64,000 nt of DNA from Octopus vulgaris. Taxonomy: Eukaryota. The position numbers and the translations under genes are program-made. Each line of letters starts with the position of its first letter. The first letter of the stretch is position 1. Location: NCBI GenBank assembly GCA_951406725.2, contig OX597825.1, positions 83,142,001 through 83,206,000 on the forward strand, given 5' to 3'. Positions 55,571 to 64,000 of the stretch are shown here, in pieces. Below the pieces are notes generated by a model. It saw nothing but the letters and a program-made list of their open reading frames with translations. It had not been told where the DNA came from and did not search any database.

Positions 55571-56750
55571 GTCTGGAAATCTTGTCTTCATATAACACTT
55601 TTTGTCGTGCAATATGGCAGAGGATAATAACATAGAACGGTAATGTTTCAAATCGGATTTCTAACAGCTGTCGATCATCTACAAATCCTTAGAACGCTTC
55701 TGAAGGATAACAGCAACATAATATCAGTTTGTATCATAGCAAAAGTGATCTGTGACATGTTTCACAAAATTATTTGCGCAAAATGTTATGCGCAACTATT
55801 TGTGTTTGTCCTTTGGAAAAATGTGAAATGTAAAGCGAATGTCAGAAATCTTGATGCTAGTCCAATATATTGACTTCGCTTTCCATTAAGGAAATCTTTT
55901 CTCCATTATATCAAAGTTTAGAAGTTGAACATTAAAGGATTACATCAAAACCAGCGAAATTTTATTTGGTACAATGTACTTAAAGACGTTATTATTATAT
56001 AAATTAATATATGATGGAAGGATTGTTGTTGTTGAAGGGTAAAGTTGAATTTTATATAAGATGAGGAACGGAAATAATTCTTAGAGTTTGAAATATTCAA
56101 AATTAGAATATAGTTCCTACAAAAACTGATAGGTTAAACGAATTTATAAGAAAGTCTATTGATAAAACATTGTATAATTTACAGATTTATTTCGTTATTA
56201 TACGAATGATTATAGATGCATAAAGGAAAAGAGAATTAGCTCCTTTACATATAATTAATGATCATACGCGCTTTCGTGCAAGCAAGCAAGTAAATATGCG
56301 TGTGTGTGTGTGTGTGTGTTTGTGTTTGTATGTGTGTTTATGCGTGTATATGTTTGGTGATATACCTATCATTGCATGTGAAATAACATTCAATAATATT
56401 TGAGTGGTTTCGTGAAAAATACTTATGTAAATTGGAATGTTCGTGATAATTAGTTCGTCGGTAGTTCCATCTGATTATCGATGATTTTATTTATTCTTTT
56501 AAAATATATTTAATGTATTTAAAAGTGAACTTTTGTGAAATGGATTGTAATTATTAAAACTGCATGCATTTGCATCATCTCTCACACGCACAAACACACA
56601 CATAATCAGACACACACAGGTTATCACTTACAAACGAACAAATATACTTCTACATTTACATATTCATATATATATACCTAGATACATACATGCATACATA
56701 CATATATATATATATATGTATGTATATATGTATATATGTATATACGCATA

Positions 56751-56797
<47 letters not shown>

Positions 56798-56884
56798 GCA
56801 TATATATATATATTTGTGTAAATATATATATATATATATACATGTATTTATGTATATATATATATATACATACACACATATATT

Positions 56885-56931
<47 letters not shown>

Positions 56932-56970
56932 CAAATGTGTGCATACGTATATAAATACATACACGCATGC

Positions 56971-57007
<37 letters not shown>

Positions 57008-57099
57008 CAAAGTGCATTCCAGATTTTCTCAGGAGTTATTTATTCGGTTCAATGGACTAGATAACATTGATCTCTTTCAAATTAGGATCTGCTGACGTC

Positions 57100-58630
57100 A
57101 CTGCACCTGTAGATCTATATCTACATCGTCATTGTGAAGTTCTCCATATAAGCACTTCAAGGTGAAAATGTCCAGGTCCCTTTTCACACCAACCTTTATC
57201 TTCTAAATGTCCCCAGATTCGCCTTCTTGGGCTTTTCTTCAGATGGGGAACAATCAAAAGTCTCTGGGAGAAAAGCGTGGACTGTAGAGAAACCGAAGGA
57301 TAGTTTTCACGACCATGTCTGCCAGGGAGTTGCTTACAAGGGTCAAACTATAGACGGGTGCATTGCCCTTTTGCAGATATCACCGGCCGGAATGGAACAT
57401 CTTTGGCGTTTTGAGATGAAACTTCTTCCTGAAACCCTTCATAGCCTGTTGGGTCTGGTGGAGCCAAGCTGCTTCCATTGGGCACTCTGTCTCTTGGTAT
57501 CTGGATCAAAACAGTAGATCCAACGTTCTTCACAGGTCCTCAGAGACTCAAGTACTCTTTGATTTGAGGTAATCGGGTTAACTTTTCCCTGCTGTTACCA
57601 ACAAAATTTACCTTCTGTTCGTCACCAAACACCCGGCAAACAAATTTTGCACGTGTTCAGATCTCCAAGAATAATTATGTGTACGGTTGCCACCCCAACT
57701 CCAAATTCTATGCATATTATACTTATAGACACATTACGATCTTCATGTAAGAAATTGCGAATTCTTTTCAGCCAGGCCTGATAAACAAGTTTAGCCCTGG
57801 GCGGTTTCATGGTCTCTTGAACTCTCTCTCCAAAGTTCTTTTCCGGTTTGGGCTGCGATTCCTAAGCATCCTTACTTTCGGGCCGAAGAACACCGCCGAT
57901 CGCCGCCGGCTTCGAACGGGCCTGGCACCCTCTCTGAGCAGCCCCGATCGAGGGGACTCTGAACCTTGCCGGGCGAACCGATCGACCGAGTACGACCTTT
58001 GCGCCACAGCTCTCGGCAACCGGCGCGGCCGACGAGATTCGGTGTTGGGCTTCTCTCTGTTCACTCGCCGTTACTTAGGGGATCCTGGTTAGTTTCTTTA
58101 ATACCCGTTTCTGTAATCAAGACAAGCAATAATGCTAGTAAATGCAGAAACCTACTTGACAAATCTATATCAACCGCCATTCGGTACTTATTTTGTCCCC
58201 TTCCAATATGGATGAATTAAATCGCGCATGCGCACAACCAACACTTTTCTCATCAATGGTCAAGTGTTCAATGGTAAGTGCGTCTAAAGCGCAATTTCTA
58301 TTTTCTATTTTCAACTTATATTTTATCAACAAATAAACATCGGATCCTCACAACTCTTATCGTCTCTCTACCGTGTTTGAACCTCTTTTGTCAGTGAAAA
58401 GCAGAAGCTCCGTAAATACAAGTTAATACATGATACAATCTGAAGCGTGGCACAGTGTTCTGTTGAGTTTTTGCCCAGTTTAACACAAAGCTTCATTGCA
58501 GAGCTCGCTTCTAAATTGTTTTCACGTTCCGACTGCGTTTTGCAAACTAGCTGGCTGTGATAAGCAGTGTTCAGGAGGATCTGTTCAAAAGGCTGTGGCA
58601 GCCGCCTCCTTAAGTCTGGAATGAATAAAA
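57100..58630 (-). mobile_element. Decayed mariner transposon split by a 28S rRNA fragment and ~240 bp of other DNA
   Basis: N-terminal AMKLCVKLGKNSTE..KRFKHGRE (58520-58355), then IRNFLHEDRNVSI..VATVHII, CEERWIYCFDPDTKRQSAQWK and KGNAPVYS..YSPRFSPRDF*LFP. Confidence 0.85.
57789..58099 (-). rRNA. 28S rRNA 5'-region (D1) pseudogene fragment with an internal deletion
   Basis: Minus strand aaagaaactaaccaggatcccctaagtaacggcgagtgaa..gcagcccaaaccgg|aaaagaactttggagagagagttcaagagaccatgaaaccgc, conserved LSU blocks; GC-rich island. Confidence 0.9.
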
Positions 58631-58742
58631 TATGTTGTAACGTCAGTTTATTAAATGTATACTAATAACACACAGATACACACATAGATATATACACACA
58701 TATGTACATGTATATATATATGTATATATATATATATACATA

Positions 58743-58918
<176 letters not shown>

Positions 58919-60149
58919 AACAACCATATTTGATAGTGTTTCTGTAGATTAAACTGGGCATACTTTATGAAACGGTTATCGTTAAAATAGATAAGTTAAC
59001 GCATGCGTGTGCAGAAATTGTGAGTGTTTGTGTGTGTGTGTGTGAGTGTTCGCGTGCCTGCTTGTGTGTGGATAGTTGCATAGACGTGTAAAATAGTTTC
59101 GAATTCTTCGTAATGTATTCCTTCGTATAATTTCTCTGGCAATACGATACGCCGTACGTGCTGACAATATCCCGAATATGTTTATGTGTAGCGTTTATAT
59201 GTAGTTTTCCTCTCTTCTTCCTGCCTCGATGAACTTCTGTAGTTTCATGTTTAGGGCAGACTTAATGCTATTCCATTCGTGTTAATATTAATTCTATATC
59301 ATTAAGCGTAATCATTTTGGTTGTCTAGTTGAAGTATTTAACGTGGGATTTTAATTGGTTTCACTTGTGAAATACAGTATCACATTTGAAAGTTAACAGT
59401 AATTAATGAAGACGTACTCTTCTCATCGCTGGGACTGCATTACATGTTCATTTAGAAGGCAATAAATGCATTAGCTGCTATCGTTCTTGGGGTTAAGCGA
59501 GCATCTTGCTGAAGGGTACTTCAGGTTTATAAATATATGCTATCATCAGCTGATTTGATAATTTTTATTAATGTTTCTGCCATATCACTTACAATAAGAG
59601 ATATGCTGTTAGCAAGCAGGGATAGCAAGGTTGTGCTGTTTCAACGTCTTGTTTAAGCACTTCCATTTTAATTACTCCGATATTGCTTAAAGAAACGACA
59701 CCAGAACATTCACATTATAACTATTCCCTTTCCGTTTCTAATTCCCCAAAACACTGACTGTAATTAATATTTCTTTTAAAAGTGTCTCTTCTCGATTTGA
59801 TATTTCTCTCAATCCCATCAGGTACAAAACACAGGTGTCTTATGCTATGTACTCACAAAACAATTCCAATACACCCGCCTGCAAATCAGTCAAATGTTTA
59901 TGAGACAATATTTATAAGGCATGTAATCAACTCACAGAGCCAGACAATAGTTAAGACTGGGAGCGGATACATCTCTGATAAATGCTGTTTCATAAGCAAT
60001 TGAGCGTAAATCGAGTTCAGTATCAAGAAATATTGATGACTGACTCTCAGTGTTTTGGGGAATAAGAAACAGAACTGGACCAGTTATAGTTTAAATGTAA
60101 CAAACAAAATACCGCAGCCGTACACTGAATATAGCAAGACTAGACTAAG

Positions 60150-60908
<759 letters not shown>

Positions 60909-61249
60909 AAACGCACAACAGAGATAACCTTAATCAGTATTGCATCTAACCCCGGAAATGAAAAAAACTCTTTCTCAAACCAAATTAACTCCTTTACAAT
61001 CCTCCTCCCACCACCACCACCACCACCACCGCACTCAAAGACAGACAATGAAATTTAAATCATGCTCAATCACGAACTCACCAGCAGATCAGAAAGGAAT
61101 TAGTAGCACTCCTTCCCAACAAGAATGACCAGAAATACAAACAACACACACACACAAAAAATAATTATAATAATAATTAAGAAGCCATTGAGAAAGTTAG
61201 AAAAATAGTCCCCAATGGATAAACGTGCTATACGTTTATACAGACCTAT

Positions 61250-61490
61250 CAAATATGTTGGAATCGATACCAGCATAGCAAATACATTGCAGGTTATGTT
61301 CTTAGTATAAGAAGAGATTTCAGATTGCCATATTTTTCTAAGATTGGCATAACATTCTGGGGTCACTCTATCTTTATTTACTGTAACTTTGTATGGTATA
61401 TTTTCATCAATGCCTAAGTACTCGCAACATTCTTTGTGTGGGACAGCAGAGATAGTGAGACCATTGATGCAAAGGTTTTGGGCTTGGAGA
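61250..61490 (-). mobile_element. R4/Dong-like LINE reverse transcriptase fragment
   Basis: LCINGLTI..CEYLGIDENIPYKVTVNKDRVTPECYANLRKIWQSEISSYTK (cf. YKYLGIDENIxYxGxVNKERVxKEY..RKIWxSELS). Confidence 0.75.
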
Positions 61491-62210
61491 ACTGATACGC
61501 ATATATACAAAACAGACACACATACCTGTATATATTGAATCAGCGATGGAAAAATGAATTAAAATTTAATAAGAAAATGTCTGTATACAAATCTATCATC
61601 CAACAGTCTCTCAACCTTCAAGATGGAATTATATATGTAAATAAAGATATATTTCAGTGAAAATTATATAACGACAATAATTTATTTTACAAATGTTTTA
61701 TTTACCGAGAAATTATCTACAGTCGTATAAATATATTGGTAAAGTAAGCTTTTAAAATGTCATAGTTATCTAAAAATGAATAGATGGGAATTATAGACAT
61801 AGGGTACTTAAGAATGAAAGCTTTCGAAAAAGTTGTAGAAAAATGAAATATTTGCCAAAATAAGTTGAAAAACTTTTATTATCGATCTTTTATCGCGTAG
61901 AATTTAAAATCATTCACAAATATCCATTTATCAATTCAATTTAGAAAGAAGTGGCAATATTTGCTTTCTCACTTTCTCTTATTGTTGGTTTCGGCAAAAG
62001 AATTTCAGAATATCAAGTGAAGTGTGTGAGTGCCTGCAATATTCCCAGGTGGATACACAGAATCTGCAAAACAAGCTGACGCACACAAATTGATTTATGC
62101 ACCCAAACACATTCACAAACAATCATATGCAAGCAAACACACACAGACACACATAGATACACACATACACGCACAAACGATACACATGCAAGACACGCAT
62201 AGACATTTCT

Positions 62211-62243
<33 letters not shown>

Positions 62244-62554
62244 AAGTTAAATTTTCTTAAGCACCTTCAGGGTCACGTCAAAATCAATGATACCACTACG
62301 TACCTATATAATTATATAACTTTATATAAAATACTACTATATATACATATATATGTAGATGCTTGTATTTTCATGCAGTTCCTATTTGTATGTATATAAC
62401 ATATATGCAATATATATATATATATGTATGTGTGTTTGTGTATATGTATGCATATATATATATATATATATATGATTTAAGAATGCGGTTTATCTGCAAG
62501 GTATAAGGGTATATATATACATACATACATACATATCTCTCTCTCTCTCTCTCG

Positions 62555-62590
<36 letters not shown>

Positions 62591-63107
62591 GTATATATAC
62601 TTATGTATATATAGTGACAGGCATAGATGTATATATGTGAGCATGTGCTTAACTTATGCATATACAAATGCAAATATAACTGGTGTGACAAATGCGAGTG
62701 CGTTTGTTCAATATATAATTTCTTGCAGTTGCTTTCCCGTTGTTATCTGCTTTTTTTTTCAATTCCTCCTTTACTGTTGTACTTTCGTATATTTTCCCAC
62801 GAAACACTTAAACTCTACAGAATATGAATAGGATTTAAGACTGCGCTTTATCTGCAAGGTTCTTCATATCTCATAGTAATAGATGGATATCTATTTCACA
62901 TATAATATATATATATATATAAGAAGTAGCGAATATATTGGAATTAGAATATGTGTCATGCGTTAAATAGATATTCATTACTTACAAGCCTCGTGTCTTT
63001 TTCGTGTTAATATGTAAATACATCAGGCATTTCGCATTTAATGTAGGAATATCAATGAAAATTGGATAGAATGGTTGTGTAGAGACGTATAAATAAATAC
63101 ACACAGA

Positions 63108-63345
63108 TCATGGCGCTCCGTCGGTTACGACGATGAGGGCTCCAGTCGATCCAATCAAGGGAACAGCCTGTTCGTGAAATTATCGTGCAAGTGGTTGAAC
63201 ACTCCACGCAAAACACTTTCAATACAGTAACCATAAGAGCATCACAACAAACCACAGCACATACCCAAGGTACACACAGCTGCGCTCGGTAGTGAAGTGA
63301 AAGCACGCTATAAAAATAAAACTACCCAATAAAAGTAATAATAAT
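63108..63345. mobile_element. Family D SINE fragment (63108-63205) fused to an R4/Dong-like 3' end (63206-63345, +)
   Basis: cgc aaa aca ctt tca ata cag taa = RKTLSIQ*, then a ~100-bp UTR and TAA repeats. Confidence 0.55.
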
Positions 63346-63430
63346 ATTACTATTATTATTATTAATAATTATAGTAATAAATATCCCTTTGTCGTTATAT
63401 ATATATGTATCTGTGTATGTATATATACAG

Positions 63431-63498
<68 letters not shown>

Positions 63499-63564
63499 TT
63501 TACATATCGTTTACTTTGGCTGCATATACCTCAGGACACGATCGCATACATCCCGACCCTAAGG

Positions 63565-63790
63565 AAAGCCGGCGAGCTGGTAGAATCGTTAGCACACCTG
63601 GCGAAATACTTAGCAGCATTTCGTCTGTCTTTACGTTCTGGGTTCAAATTCCGCTGAAGTCGTCTTTGCCTTTCATTCTTTGGGGATCGATACATTAAGT
63701 GAAAGTCGATAAATTAAGTACTGGGGTCAATCTAATCGACTGGCCCCTTCTCCCCAAATTTCAGGCCTTGTGCCTATAAAAGAAAGGATT
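63565..63790 (+). mobile_element. SINE family A
   Basis: Colinear with 4517-4738. Confidence 0.8.
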
Positions 63791-63856
63791 AATACATACA
63801 AATCCTAACAATTTAAAACTACTCAGTTAATTTATCACAAGCACAGACGTGCATCT

Positions 63857-64000
63857 ACTCTTTTACTTATTTACTTGTTCCAGTCATTTGGTTGCGGCCA
63901 TGCTGGAGCACCGCCTTTAGTCGAGCAAATCGACCCCAGTCATTTGGTTGCGGCCATGCTGGAGCACCGCCTTTAGTCGAGCAAATCGACCCCGGGACTT
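63857..64000 (-). mobile_element. SINE family B tail with a 56-bp tandem duplication (runs off the window)
   Basis: cagtcatttggttgcggccatg..aaatcgaccc repeated at 63881 and 63937. Confidence 0.85.

Noticed and set aside
57789-58099. Part of a real rDNA unit, or the Arg-rich ORFs 57807/57817/57966 as genes
   Set aside because: No 5.8S, ITS or remainder of 28S adjacent, and an essential block is deleted; the ORFs are by-products of GC-rich rRNA sequence

Overview
AT-rich, microsatellite-saturated eukaryotic DNA with no recognisable host protein-coding exon. The SINE families and the (TA)n/(CA)n/(TAA)n density resemble a cephalopod (Octopus-like) genome, but that is an inference from recognition. 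The window is a dense patchwork of repeats: several tRNA-derived SINE families (~30 copies), decayed RTE, CR1-like and R4/Dong-like LINE fragments, three Tc1/mariner relics, and many Penelope-like (PLE) remnants marked by minimal type I hammerhead ribozyme motifs. The most notable observations are: (1) a 5S rRNA head fused to the 3' tail of a CR1-like LINE that is also present in the window (SINE3-like chimera, 21129-21314); (2) about ten minimal hammerhead motifs or half-motifs with palindromic stem III, five of them at or near the centre of head-to-head palindromes; (3) an internally deleted 28S rRNA fragment inside a mariner transposase; (4) a near-identical ~420-bp block shared by two otherwise diverged, inverted RTE copies 25 kb apart; (5) a non-coding ~555-bp element embedded in (TAA)n next to Dong/R4 relics. 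Most entries in the ORF track are microsatellite translations. All alignments were done by eye and boundaries are approximate.
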